Source of the DNA: Chrysomallon squamiferum
Taxonomy: Eukaryota; Animalia; Mollusca
Direction: 5' to 3'
DNA length: 64,000 bases
NCBI GenBank assembly: GCA_012295275.1
Contig: CM022678.1
Coordinates: forward strand, 17,608,001-17,672,000
Positions 1 to 18,474 of this stretch are shown here, in pieces (the first letter of the stretch is position 1; every line of letters begins with the position of its first letter). The position numbers were made by a program, and so were the translations under genes. The notes beneath the pieces are model-generated. The model was not told the DNA's origin. It worked only from the letters and a program-made list of their open reading frames with translations, and did not search any database.

Positions 1-149
1 AAAACTCATTTCAGACAAACACACTTTAAAAAAAATCACTTTAAAAAAACAAAAAAAAAAAAAAATTACTTTTCACAAACTATTTTTTTTTAAAAATCAT
101 ATAGACAAACCCACTTTTAAAACAATCACTTTGTTAGACAACCCACTTT

Positions 150-330
150 TTAAAAAAACTGACTTCAGACCAACCCAACTTGAAGAAAACTGACTTCAGA
201 CAAACCCAACTTGAAGAAAACTGACTTCAGACCAACTCAGCTTGAAGAAAACTGACTTGTGACAAACCCAGCTTGAAGAGCTCTGACTTGAGACAAAACA
301 CCTCACCTTTCTCTGACTTGAGACAAAACT
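150..330. repeat. ~31-bp tandem minisatellite in an RNGTT intron
   Basis: Repeated ttgaagaaaactgacttcagacaaacccaac-like units, with more degenerate copies towards position 1. Confidence 0.85.
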
Positions 331-672
331 CCAAAATGGTCCCAAAAAAAAAAAAAAACGCCAAGACGCTGAACGGCTCCTTTGTCCTGTCGAGAAGTCC
401 GTGCTGCATCTTCGAGTATCTCGGTCCAATCACCTCCTTCTCTATACACAGCAACCTGCGTTCAAAGTCTGTCTTACCCACCTCCTGTCCCTGGAAACAC
501 AAACCATTTCACATATACATATACATATATATATATACAGACAGATAGATAGATATAGATATATATAAAAAGAAGCACGTAGAGACTGATACCTACAGAA
601 AGCCAAGTGTACTGACATATATACAAACATGTAACATTAGAATTCAAAGATGTACAGACATACATCCACAAT

Positions 673-709
<37 letters not shown>

Positions 710-3700
710 TTCACAGAAAATGCACACAACACATACAAAAAAACACAATACATACAAAAAATACACTTTTCACAATACAATAATAACCAATATGTTATCT
801 CCATACAAAAAAAAAAAAAAAAAAAAAAAATTACACCAAAAATATTTATTACATGTGTGTCCCATCACAGTGAACATGGTATTAAGTCACGTTTTGGCTG
901 ATTGGAAATATGAAAATTTTCACATTCCATCAAGCTTCATTTTGATACCCCAGTCTATCATCATTAGTTCTAGGCATTTGGCCATGTTTGTCCAGACAAA
1001 CTGGACATTTTCTTGTACCCAGCAAATGTCAGTTTTCATAGAAGTTCTCTGAAGCACAGCTTAGTATCAATATCCATCAATTTCCATCAATTTCTTCAAT
1101 GATAAGATACGGTTTAACAAAATATCAAAATCAAATATTTGTGTTACTTCCCTATTGTAGGCTAAACCTCAGTACTTGGATGTGTGACTTATGACTTGGT
1201 TTGGTGTGATGGGTCACATATGTGTATTACATTCAGAACAAGCAGAGAAATTCCTCTGTTGTTAACATCAAAGAACATACAGGACCAACATCAAAGAACA
1301 TACAGGACCAACCTCAAATTTAATTATATCATACACAAGATATCGAGGAACATTTTTATCTTCAACCTTGTCCATAATCATTTCCTAAAAGAGAAAATTA
1401 AAGCTACAGTTAAGTATATCTGAAATTATTGTATAGCAGAAAGCTGTTGTTTGTATTATCAGCCATTATTTTTCTATTTCTTAGTAACCGATTCAAAGGT
1501 AAACAATAACATTAATGCAAAATGAAAAAAAAAAATAATACAAAGTAGATTAAAGGCTACAGTATTTTTGAAATCTGTAGAAATCTGTCATTTTTGTAAA
1601 TAAAATTTTGTAAACCAAATTACAGTGTAATGAAAAATAATTAAAATATTAAATAATTTATTTGTAATTAAAAATTTTTTAAAAATCAATTATAATATTT
1701 TATAAATATAAATTTTACAATTAAAACTAAAATATATAAAATTAAGATTAAAAAAAAAGTGGCATTAATAATAAAATTAATATCAAAAATAATAAAAAAA
1801 ATAATTAATTATTAAAATAATAATAATCAAAAATATTATTAATAATCTAAAAATTAAAATAATCCAAAAAAAAATTTTTTTTAAAAACCTGGAAATTAAA
1901 ATAATCAAAAATAAATATATATTTTTAAAAACCTGAAAATTAAAATAATCCAAAATATTCTTGATGATTTGAAAATTAAAATAATCAAAAATAATAAATA
2001 TGAAAATCAAGTGAAATAAAAATATCACCTGTATAACTTTACTGTAATAAAGAATTATTTGTTTAAAAATTCGGTCGTCAATAATTTACCCCATCGAGCA
2101 ATGTCAATCTGAGATGTGAACTCAAGTCTTTGCGTTTTGGAAACTGAAGGTGTGGAACGTGAAAAACGGTGTTGTCGCGGTCGATCATGTACACCTCATC
2201 CATGCCGTCTATCAACATCATGTACCTGAAACGAGAACAAACAAATAATCATGCACTGAAGTTTCACTGATCTGCTAGAATCCACTTATATGTTCCTTAA
2301 GAACAGAACGATTTTCAGAATCAGAAAGCAAGAAAGAGATGTGTGTATGTGTGTTTGAGAGAGAGAAAGAGACAGAGAGAGAGACAGAGAGACAGAGAGA
2401 GAGACACAGAGAGAGAGAGAGAGAGGTATTGAGGGAATAGGAAGAGAGAGGCAGGCAGACAGAAAGTGAACAGATGTCTCTGTGTGTGTGTGTGTGTGTG
2501 TGTGAAGAACGACTGATGGAGAAAAACAGACAAATATATTATATATATTAATTATCAATGGTAAACAAAGAAATATTTTAATCCAAATTATTATTATTTT
2601 ATTTTATTTATTTTTTGTAAATTAAATAAACTAAAAAAATAAACTAAAAATAATATTCTTGAAAGACTGAAAAGGAATAAAATAATTAGCAAATAAAAAA
2701 AGAACAGTAAAATTCACTATATTGCTTAAATTTGCTTTTGTTCCTTTTAAAACGCACAGATTTGACAGAAACATAATTTTGATCAGTTAATTTTTAAAGA
2801 CCATCGTAATTCTCGTTTTCTCTATGATAAAAATTGAAAATGGCTGATATAAGTAATATCTACATATCAGTATAACTAGTTTAAATACATTCTCTGTATA
2901 TGCAAGTAATCATTTAATAAGAGTGTATTTTTGGATCACGTGTTAATTTTCAGTAAAGATGTCAACACTGAGTGCTTTGAAACCATGCATCAGAAATATT
3001 TTCATTTCAATAAATGAATCTTAGGAATTAACAAATGAAGGACTGAAAGAACAAATTAATGAATGAATGAATAAAGGATTGAGTGAATGAATAAGGGATT
3101 GAGTGAATGAAAGATTGAATGTATGAATGAAGGAAGGAATGAAGGAATGAAAAATTGAATGACACAAGAATATGAAGGAAACCCTAAATGAATAAATGAA
3201 GGAATTTTTAAAACTAGGATTATTTAACAAAAAACAGAAATGACACAAGAATATATTACTATGAGGCAAACCCTAAATGGAATTACTATACATATTTTAA
3301 TTTTTAACAAAATATTTTACCAAATCTGCTGTATGGGCGAAACAAATAAATGGAATTATGATACATATTTCACTTTTCAATAAAAACTGTTACACGCATG
3401 GTTTACCAACCGTACACCGTCAGCCTTCCAGCTCACTTTGTACGGCTTCTTACGAATGTAATCTAGATTGGAGATATCCATGGAAACAGGCTGGGCTCCC
3501 GGGAATCCGGAACTGGAAAAAAAAAAAAAAAAAAAAAAACATTAAAAAAAAATGATTTTTTTTTCTTCTTTTTTCTTTAGCATGTATTAATTAGGTGAAG
3601 AATAAATAAAACGTATATCATTTTTTACTTACTTATTTATTTATTTATTTTATTTGTTTGTGTTTTGTTTGTTTCATTATTTATTTATTATTTTTCGTTG

Positions 3701-4058
3701 TTTTATTAAGATATTTCTGGTCCACAATTTCAAAACATGTAGTGATAGTATCTTTAATGTAAATTATTAATATCAGATCGTCTAAAAGAAAATCAGAAAC
3801 AAATGGGATAGTAAGTTAGAATGTACATCAATATAAATAAATAAATAAATAAATCAATCAAATAAATTTGACTCAGTCTTTTAATGATATTTACCCTTTC
3901 CAGTCACACATGTTTTGGCACATTTTCTGGATTTGACTAAGTCGCGGTTGAATGGTCAACTGGAAAACATTGGACACGCCCTCCATAAACTTGGCATTCT
4001 GAAAACACAAGGCTTTAAAATAACAAAACAACACAGATTAAACTTAACTGAGTATTTT

Positions 4059-4140
<82 letters not shown>

Positions 4141-4330
4141 CATGTTTTATCTTATACAAATAATTTATTTCAACAGCTTTCACATAGACAATTTTTAGAC
4201 AGATATAATAACTACACCAGAGAGAAAACCTGCCAGTTTGATGTTAAAGGAATTACAAAGCTTAGCTGTATGAAACATTTTCCTTGAGCCTTCCCATAGA
4301 AATAATAGCTACTGATAAAACCAGTAACAC

Positions 4331-4363
<33 letters not shown>

Positions 4364-4372
4364 AAAAATAAC

Positions 4373-4424
<52 letters not shown>

Positions 4425-4769
4425 GCAATAAAAATAATAATGATGATAATGATGGTGACAATAATATTAACATTAACATTAACAATAATAATAAGAAAAT
4501 GAAAAAAATAATGATGAAAAGAACAATACTTTATTATACTTGAGGTTATTTAGACCATAATTGTCAGACAAATGCAAAAACACCTTCAACTTCTAAATAA
4601 ATTTTAAAAGAATTAAACAAAAAAGTATTTTACCTTTTTGGATATTTCTGATCTTCTTTTCTTTTGGGGTCCACCATTGTTTGCTTCATCAGCCATAACA
4701 TTGCCATCATCATCAACACTGTCATCATATTCTGTGAGTGACAAGCATTAAGAGTTATAAATTTCCAAT

Positions 4770-4840
<71 letters not shown>

Positions 4841-6130
4841 AAAAAAAAGAGAGACACAGACATAGAAACAGAAAGAAAAAGAGACATCTATTTATAGAGA
4901 GAGAGAGAGAGACAGAGACAGAGAGAAATGGAGACATACATAGAAAAAGAAAGAAAAAAGGGGAGATAATACAAAGGGGAGATGATTCAGTGAGAGAGAG
5001 AGAAAAATGGAGATATATATAGAAAAAGAAAGAAAAAAGGGGAGATAATACAATGGGGGAGATGATTTCAGTGAGAGAGAGAGAGAAAAAAAAAGAATGA
5101 GACAGAGATAGTTCCATTAAGAATTACGCAATCACTCAAACAAACAAACAACAGACAGAAATTAATATTTTATATTCATAAACGTATATGCATTAAGCAC
5201 AGTTCAATAATTTGAAATCACATTACCTATGCACCAGGCTGGAAGGGGTGGGGCTGTGGGCGTGTCTTCTTTGTCTCCATACCGTGAAAACATAGCTCAT
5301 TCAAGTAATCTTGTTTGTAAATACCAGGTGGTCTGCACTGAAAGAAACCAACAACAAAAAATTATTATTAAACCAGATGGTAAACATAAGTCTAAAATAA
5401 CCCTACTGGTATAAATAATTATATAGTACAAGTACTGTTATTATCATAGAAATAAAATGAGAACAGACACACACACACACACATACATACAGAGACTGAT
5501 GTGTAAGCAGTATTAGATTTATTTTCTCAAACTATAATTAAAAAATAATATATATATATTTTTATCATGGATGTATGCATGCATATCATAATGTATATGT
5601 GCTTATTATAAACAAGTATTTGTCTGTGCATTTTTATTTCAACTCATTAGCTTTATACAATTTTTGTTTAAAGTTACAAAAAATAATAAAAATTAAAAAT
5701 TAAAATTTTTAAAATTGTTAAATAAAAATTACCTGAGCAAATGCTCTAACTGCAGCTTCAAGACTGAAAAGAGAAAAAGAATAAATAAAAAAAAAAAGTT
5801 GACATATTTAGTAACAGAAATTTTGTTAACCAGACATTTAGAAATATGTAAAAAAAAAAAAAAAAAATATAAATTGACATTAAATGTTGAATTAGTTGAC
5901 ATTTATAACAACATTTTATTTGTAATAATGTTACCATCAGTTTGTTTATTTTGATTTTTCTCCTAGTGATTTGTTACAATATTATATACACTGTAACAGA
6001 GTTACCCAACAATCTGTAACAGGTATCAATAACAATAATAACAGAAATAAAAATATAAATAAAATAATAACAGAAATAAAATTATAATAACAATAACAGA
6101 AATAAAAATATCAATAGAATAATAACAGAA

Positions 6131-6174
<44 letters not shown>

Positions 6175-7720
6175 GTAATAGAAACTCAAAGAAAGTGTGA
6201 ATGGTTTTCGTGTTACAGAGAAAGGCAAAGATTAATGATGAAATATAATTTGTGCAATAGAAAATGAAGCAATGTTAGGATTTCAGTTCACAATAATAAG
6301 TCAATTTTCTTTCAAATTTTATTAAATCAAATTTTAGTTTTTACGCAAAATACATCTGTGCACAAGAAAAAAATCAAGCAACATTAGTCATTTAATTTAC
6401 TTTGAAAAGTTTACATTATTTTTGAAATTTTAATAATTTACACATTACGTTTTTGATGTCTAAAAACAGTTAATACAGTATTGCAGTACATATTTCCTGT
6501 AGACAGTACAGGTGAGAAAAACAAGGTAAAGATTACAGGTGACTAACCTCCATGACTGTCTTTCCACCAGGTAAGCAACGAGAAGAAACCCGGTCCTGTT
6601 AAACCCATGTGTGCAGTGAACTCCTTTAAAAAAAAAAAACTGTTTTTGTTTTCCTCTTTTTTTTTTCATTTTAATTTAGTATAAAAAAATAATAATAAAT
6701 GTAACCAAATAGAAAGACAAAACAGAAACTAAAAACTTGTATGTTCCAGTTTTGTCGTATAGTGTTTTAAATACCTTTAAATATGGTGTAAAATACTGAA
6801 ATGTTGACATTAATTAATATTGTACTTCGAAACAGCATAAATTATCTAATGAGTTACACAAAAAATTCATACACACAGACACACACTCACACAAACTTGA
6901 AGACATTTCAAGTACTTTTTCTTTTTGTCATTATTCTTAAAAAGTTTTAAAATAATTTTAAAGTGTATTGATAGAGAAACAATAAAACTTTCATCACGTA
7001 CCTATCACTTCAAGTGGTTTTTGCTGCAGAAAATGAGAACACAAATTAAGAAAAGTTTCCGTCTGTTCTTCATTTGGTGTCTCCGATCTCCTGTGAAATA
7101 CAAACTCATTTTAGACAGTATTTTATATTTAGTCTGTCCATACACACACCTCATACATTTTACACTTACGCACACACATACATACTTACACAAAAACATG
7201 TTCACTGAAATACTTACTGAAGACACATGTATAATAACGGCAATTAAAGATGTATTATATATTTAATATAAATATAGTTTGCTATTAGTACTGTTATCTA
7301 ACTAAACAATCTGTCTAGAATGTGAAAAAAGCCTCATGGGGAAAACTGAGAAAGATTTGTCAAACGGAATATTTAACAACAAGATGGTTATAACAAAACT
7401 TATTTACACTTAGGCAGTGCACAGATTCATGCAAGTGCATGCACACATTCATACACACACTGAGAAACATGCATGCACACGTACACATGATTATATATAA
7501 TCTAATAAAGCAGGTATGCTAAAATGTGAGAAAACAGAAATAGAAAAGATTTGAAAAATGTACTATTTAACACGATGATTATAAATAAAATGGACTCACC
7601 CTTTACACTGAAGCTTGACGTATTTACATTCGTGTTTCTCCACCTCACTACTGTCGTAAAACCTAGTTGTGTTTGTCAAGTCTATCAACAGTCCCATTCT
7701 GGTCTACAGAAAACAATAAC

Positions 7721-7778
<58 letters not shown>

Positions 7779-7800
7779 TGAAAATGAAATTGTAAAGGAA

Positions 7801-7851
<51 letters not shown>

Positions 7852-8633
7852 CATAACAATTATAAATAAGTAAATGAATACATAAATAAACAAATCATTA
7901 CTACTAATCAAAAATAAATAAATAACCTAATGCAAAATATGTAACAGTGAAAATTAGCAAAATAGTGCAAAAAAATAATAAACAAAAATAATAAACAATC
8001 AAAACATCTTCGTGGCACAAGAATACAACTATTGTAATAAACACAGCCAAATCCTAATGTGAACATTTATAAAAACATGGCTAGTAATTTAATATTAAAA
8101 TAATAAAAGTTACTTTGTATGGTTTTAGGGAAACAAACAGCATATCAAGATCAAAAATATTTTCCTCTGGTATTTGATCTTTGTAGCGTGAGTCCAGTGG
8201 TGTTTTGAATGGTAGGAATTTCTCTACAAAATAAATTAATATTTTATTATGTAGAAATTCTAGAAAAATGAAAGCTACATGTAGTAGACACATTCATTTT
8301 TTTTGTTTTCCTAAGCTAATCAGGTATCACTCTCAGTTTGTCATTATTCATAAAGGTTAAACACGCTACAGCACGATTTAGCAATAATCTATGTAATTAT
8401 ACTTAATAAAATTGTATATACAGTAACAAGCAATATATTAACGGAAGCTACATAACCTGTACTGGTGTTCGTAAGTCAGATATTATGACATAAGCAGTAT
8501 CTGCCTTTAACATCATGTGTGTGTTTATAAATACAAGCAATGAAAAAGAAAAATTACCTGCTAGCAGCTGACCTTTCCTTGGACAATTTAGCCACCTAGG
8601 AGGAATCTGGGTGGGGTCAAATTGCCTAGCCAT
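307..8633 (-). CDS. RNGTT: mRNA capping enzyme (RNA triphosphatase/guanylyltransferase), 5' portion; gene continues beyond the left edge
   Basis: Exons: 8558-8633, 8114-8223, 7600-7703, 7002-7090, 6548-6623, 5733-5763, 5227-5337, 4634-4731, 3895-3998, 3411-3512, 2090-2225, 1313-1384, ~307-490. All have GT-AG boundaries. Translation gives [32 protein letters not shown], the triphosphatase P-loop [27 protein letters not shown], GTase motif [18 protein letters not shown] and PRYLVYDI. Two apparent frameshifts (5291-5292 and 344-358). Confidence 0.97.
3411..3512 (-). CDS. RNGTT: RNGTT exon encoding the guanylyltransferase KxDG motif
   Basis: Reads [34 protein letters not shown]. Confidence 0.97.
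6548..6623 (-). CDS. RNGTT: RNGTT exon encoding the cysteine-phosphatase active site
   Basis: Reads [25 protein letters not shown] between AAAG| and |GTTAG. Confidence 0.97.
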
Positions 8634-9519
8634 CGCTTGCAGTCTTTACAACAGCAATAAAAAAAATAAAACATTATTATTAATAATTTATCATCTTAAT
8701 TCTCATAATGTGTTAATATTCAGTGGAAATTAGATAATTTTTTCTCTGTTGAGATGGATATCATCTAACCATTTAATGATAAATGATAATAAACATACGT
8801 TGTAAGGACAGTTGTAAACGTGACATATTGGAGATATCATTAATGCTACAACATGATGTGTGACTGTGGAAAGATCTCCTCCTGCACCACCACCCCCAGT
8901 TATCACCGATATAAAAATAATAAACACAGATTTTTTTTGGTGGCTTGAAATTTTGAAGACTTGTTTTCTTCTATCTGGTGTGTTTAACCACTTACCTTTT
9001 AAAAAGTTTATCAAAAAAAAAAAAAAAATCAAAAAATGTTTATAAAAAATAATCAAAAAACATTTCGGGGGATGTTGCAGGCAGATATAATACTGATTGC
9101 TAGAAAAGTTATTAATGTTAAATGCAAAATTATACAAAATACTTTTTTATTCATTCAGAACAGCCTGAAATTTAAAATTTAAATGAAAACGTAAAACTGT
9201 ACAAACGATTTATTCACAGATTTGTCATTTTCACGTTAACTTACTTGTTCATAATAATTAAAATAACAAAAAGAACACTGCTAATAAATTTACGTTACAA
9301 TATATTTATAGTGCTGATAAAACAACAAAATAATTATGAATATAATATTTCAATATGTTTACTTTAATATTATAAACTGCAGATATTTAAAATTTTAAAC
9401 TCTTACCTTTTATTATTTTCAGTAATAATTTTAACTGTGTTATTTATCTTACGTTTTAGTCTCATATCTTATAAATTTAATCTTGTTTTATTTACAAATT
9501 TATTTTCAATTTCTGAGTC

Positions 9520-10560
9520 TTACGGCGGAAAATTCTAATTTCATAACGGCTAGTGAGCGACGTAACATCCGAAACGAGGGGAATCCCAAAACCAAACTAA
9601 TGTATTTTTATTTTTATTATTATCAATATATTTTTCTTTTCATTGTTTTTAAAGGCAATCTGAATATATCCATAAATAATATTTAATACCTACCTTAAAT
9701 TAACAGATTAAAAAAATGTAAATATGTTTTTAAAATCATTTTAAAGTAAACAAATATGTCCTGTCACACGTGTGCCGCCATTTTTGTTTGTTTCTTACTA
9801 AGAAAAGGAGTTATCCGCCGCAAGGGTTACGGTAAAACGCGAAACTAATATATTCGCGTTTTTATTTTCTTTGTTTGTTTATGCCAAAAAAAAAAACTAA
9901 ATTAATGAATTAAATAAATCTTGATAAACACAGTTTCGAATACTCTGCGATTGTAAAGCAGGAGAGGAAGAGAAAAAGATAGATACACAAAGAGAGATAA
10001 TAGTAGAGATGTATTTGAAAGATACATCATTACTGATTACATGTGCTGTAAAAACAAAAACAAACACAAAAACGTTTTAACCTTCAGTGAAAACATTAAT
10101 GCTGACAGTAAAATGTAAAAGGAGCAATTATCTGAAATTTAGAATTTAAATCATTCTCTTTAAACAGTTTTAGTTAAAATGCTTCGCCTAATTATTTTCA
10201 TGCAAATTACCACTCGTGAGATAAATCGCGCCATCTTATTACTTCATTTCATTTTATTTTACATATATTACCGTTAACTTTACAGATCTGCAGAAAATCA
10301 AATTTACCGAATAAATATACCTAAAACATAAAATTAAAGCTTAGGGTTAGGGTTAAGACTTAGGAATCCATAACGATAATATACATTTAAAAAAAACATT
10401 TATTAAATAATACACTAACATTGCGCTGATATTATTTAAATATTTTCTTAAAGTGCTTTAAGTAAACCAATTTAGAATGACCTATCTGAAACGACAATCA
10501 AAAATTGTTTTCATTCTAATGTGAAAACGTGAATTTCTAAAAGGAGGAAAATACAATGGT
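9520..10560. promoter_or_regulatory. Probable bidirectional promoter region between RNGTT and CMC1
   Basis: Head-to-head ATGs at 8633(-) and 10570(+). Locally CpG-containing. GGGGAATCCC at 9578-9587, palindrome CACACGTGTG at 9765-9774, YY1-type GCCGCCATTTT at 9774-9784, CGCCATCTT near 10229. Candidate minus-strand 5'UTR donor AG|GTAAGA at 9407. Confidence 0.6.
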
Positions 10561-10569
10561 GAAATAATC

Positions 10570-14169
<3,600 letters not shown>

Positions 14170-17100
14170 CAGAGATGAAGATACTAGTTTTTTTATTTGT
14201 TTTTTGGGGTTTTTTTTGTAAGTCCTGTTCATGTCATGGTCTTGGTTGGTGTTAATAACTTGAGTGTAATTTGTGAACAGTTGGTAAATTCAGTGTAGTG
14301 ACGTCATCTGCTGAACATTGAGGATAAATTGTTGATTTGGAGTGAAATTTTAAATCCACAAGAAAGAGATAAAAAAAAAAGAAATAAAAAAAGAAGATGT
14401 AAAGAAATTACATTGAGAGGTTGTTTGGGTTTGATAAATTGTATAGATCTACGCTTTTCTTTATATTTTTTTTTTTTTAAATTTATTTATCCATTTATTA
14501 TTATTAATAATATCATTTTTTTTTTTTTTTTAACATTTTGAGGTTCATATATAAATATATATATAATAATAATAATAATAAATGTGCATAGATTTTTTTT
14601 GTGCACAGACTATATAAGTATGTGTTTACAGTGATTATACAGAATGGATGTGTTTTTGTAATCAAATACTTGATAAAATTATTTCAGTACTGTGATGTTT
14701 AATTATTTAAAAAAACTAATGAAGGTTGTATTTTTACACTTCACATAAAGGATGATCTTTACTTCAAAAGAAAATAAAAAACAGACAAAAGTCATGAGTA
14801 CTTATGCTGGCCCACAAAATGTACAGTAAACCACAAATAAAATGGTTTTATGAAGGCTTTGTCACAGTGAAAAATCCCCCCAAAAATCTTCATTTTAAAA
14901 ATTTTATAAATATTTTTCATCTTGATGTATTTATTAATATTCTGATAAAGATCAGATATAGGCTGTTCTTAATATTTTTATTAAGCCTCAGAATTTAGAC
15001 ATTTATTCATTTTTTTTTTTTTTTATGATCAGAATTTATAATTTTTTTATTAAGGATAAAGTTTAGAAATATTTATTATAACTTTGATAAAGAATCATAT
15101 TTTGATGATGTAATTTATAAAGTTAATAAGTTGATAAATATTATCATCTTCATTAAGAAGTTAATTATTTTAATTAACTGTAATAAACAAATAACTTGGA
15201 CTTCACTCAGTAAAGCGTCTGTTTCTGATTTATTAATTTCTCTGAAACATTTAAATCTCCTTTTTATTTTACAGCAGTAAAAATTATAAAGATCCATTCT
15301 TTTCTTTATTATTATTATTATAAGTGTGGGATACTTTCACGAATAAACAGTAAGAGTTCTTTTATGTAGTAATAAAACATTTCTTGTTTAATAGAAAATA
15401 AACTCCATGTGGATAATTTAATCAGTCAACTGTAAGGGTTATTTTATGTACTCATTCATATTTTTAAAAGAAAAATAAATAAAAACATTAAGAGAGTATA
15501 GTAATAAAAGACACTTCTTTTTAAATGGTGTGTGAAAAAAAACTTCATGTGGATCCTTTAATCAAGCAACAGTAAGAGTTATTTTATTAAATACATAAAA
15601 AAAAAAAAAAAAATTCATTATCACAGTTTAGAAATAAGAGACTTGTTTATTAGAAAAGAAACCTGACAGGCACATCAAGGTCTCCCTCAGTGTTTAGCAT
15701 CAAGAGATCTTTTTACAAAATTGACAAAACACAGCTTTTAATTTCATGTTGCGGGGAACCTGGCTGGAACAGGAATTATTCAACATGTATCAGAGGTAAA
15801 GATTTGATCATAGAGCAACAAAATTGTGAAATCCAGATAAAGTACCTATTCAGACATCTGACAAATTTTGTGTGACAGTTTTTTTTTTTTTTTTTCACTA
15901 TCACTTTACTTGAATGGTGAGAGTAAAGAATATTAAAAATAGTAATTTGTTGTGCTTCTTACGTTTTTTTTTTTTTTTTTTTCCTGATATACAAGTTTTA
16001 TTCTCTTTGATGGTGCAAAAATACCAAAAAAAACCAGCATGAATTCTGTTTGGTTTTTTTTGTATGCTTATTTATAGCTAGAAAGATTGACAGGATAAAT
16101 GGAAACAAAATCACTGAGCATTCGTAAACACACAAACCTGTATACAGTAAATGTATTTATACTTAAGGTTTCCAAATATGCACAGAAGAACCATCTTGTT
16201 AAAAAGACTCCATCCAAATCATTCTCAGAATTTTCTCCCCTTCACTAAAAAACAAAAACAAAACAACAACAAATTTTGCAAGTAGCACTTATTTTTTTTA
16301 TTCTTGAAAACAACGAGATGAGTTCGGTAACAATTTTAATTTTTTTCTTTGATACAGAAACAATGGCAACAACAATGCAATGATTAAACAGTATAAAATA
16401 TAAAATGATTTAAAATTCACCTGTGACAATATGAACAGTTAGTCTGGAAATGAAATATTTTGGTTTGTTTTTGTATCCAGTCTTCGCTAATAATAAAGTA
16501 TAATAATAAAATAGATGGATGTGAAGATGCAAAAAGGCAGACATAAATTGTACAAACTTGAATGAGAAGGTGCTAAGATCCTGAAAGACTGAGTATAAAG
16601 ATGATTTACATTTGATTTACTCGAGGTTTATTTTTACAATTTCATTTTGCTAAACAGATTATCCAGCAAGAAGAAAGAAAATATTAACCTTTGTGGAGCT
16701 TTATGAGTTTTGTTCTTTCATTGCTATACTTTATTATTAGCAAACACTGGGTGCCAATTACACACCAGTAACTTGAATGATCCTATAATGTATTGTTCAT
16801 ACTGTCACAGGTCCCTTGCAAAACATGATAACAAAACAAATGTGGCTTGAATTTAAATTCAGTTGTGGTTGTTTTGCTTTTGTTATTGTTGTTTTTTAAA
16901 ATACTTTTTCAAATGATATTTATCAATTTAAAAAAAAACAATAAATAAATAAAGAACCTCTGGTATTTATTAAAATTATTTTCCCGTTTCCCTCGAGAGG
17001 ACAGTTATTATTCGTGTAATGTTACAACAGATATTAAATGTGCTTTCTTACTGGATGAAGTACAAGAACCACACCCCACAGCCCACACCCCACAGGTTGA

Positions 17101-18430
17101 GAGACAGGCAGTCAGTTCAGTAAGAAAATGTCAAGCGACTAAGGTGCTGGTTTTGGTCGTACTGGAAAATGTGTTAGAAATCAAGACATGATTTATCAAT
17201 GATTATTTTTTAGATCAATTTTATGTTTACATTTTCTGAGATGAATTTTAGACTTTCTTTTCTTTTCTTTTTCCATTCAATATACATACATATACATATA
17301 TATACATTTATATACACACACACACACATATATACATTTATATACATATACACATACACACACACAAACACACACACAGATACATATATATACACACTTA
17401 TACATACACATATGCATTAAATATATATATATATATTAAACTCAAATATGTACACATATATTTGAGGTTAATATATACACACACCATGTTTTTTTATGGA
17501 AATGTACCACATCAAAATGTCCAGATGGATTGATAACATTTTTTCTGAACATTTTTGAAACAAGACTAACATCTGTAAATGATTCTGTATATTTAACTTA
17601 CTCAATAAAAAAAAGATTAGCTATTCTTAAATTACAGCAAACTTGTTAGATCAAAATCCAAACACAATTAAATATAGTTAAACATTTTTAACTACATATA
17701 ATCTCTTTATAATAAAGAAGTGTTAACATAAAAAAAAAAAAAATCTCATAGTAGAAGGGGATTATACACAGGTAAAACGCTGGAAAGAAAAAAAAAAAAA
17801 AAAAAAAAATTGTGTTATGTATACAAGACATTCTATTATAATTCAATATAACCTGACTGCTTAACAAGTCACTGAATATACTTATAATCTTTACACATTC
17901 ACTGGAAAAGGAAATTGTGCTCACAGTGTCAAAAACTAAACTTTAATAACTCAATATTCATATTTATCATCTTTAAAAATCTTTGACTATTTTACTTACA
18001 TGTATTTTAGGTCCATTGTGGTACGTTTCTGTAATTGGTTGGACCCTGAACCCCAGAACAAGTGAATGATGAATGTGTACAATCAACCACAAACAGCAAA
18101 CATCAACTGAAACGTCTGTACACAGCTTAAAGTGCACCTTTCATGAATCAAAGAAACAGTCTAAATGTTCTTTATGCTTCCAGGTTATGATTTAATTGGT
18201 TAATCTTAATTAATAATAAAGTATAACAGCAACATTTTTTAATAAAAACATACCCTAAACTCGTTTGATATGATTTTTTTTAGCGCACTCAGAAAAAACA
18301 ACAACATACAGTTATCAATTCACCATTATGATCTCACATCTGCTGTTTTGAAAGGAATGAAAATTGGTTGCATTCAAATGTTTTATGGTTTTTATTAATG
18401 TTATTAATTATCATCATCATCATCATCATT

Positions 18431-18474
<44 letters not shown>

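Noticed and set aside
10341-10364. TTAGGG TTAGGG interstitial telomeric motif
   Set aside because: Only two perfect units; not enough to call a feature.
10538-10558. TAAAAGGAGG followed by ATG, a near-perfect bacterial Shine-Dalgarno layout
   Set aside because: It sits upstream of a spliced eukaryotic gene and leads only to a 3-codon ORF; no bacterial sequence nearby, so chance.
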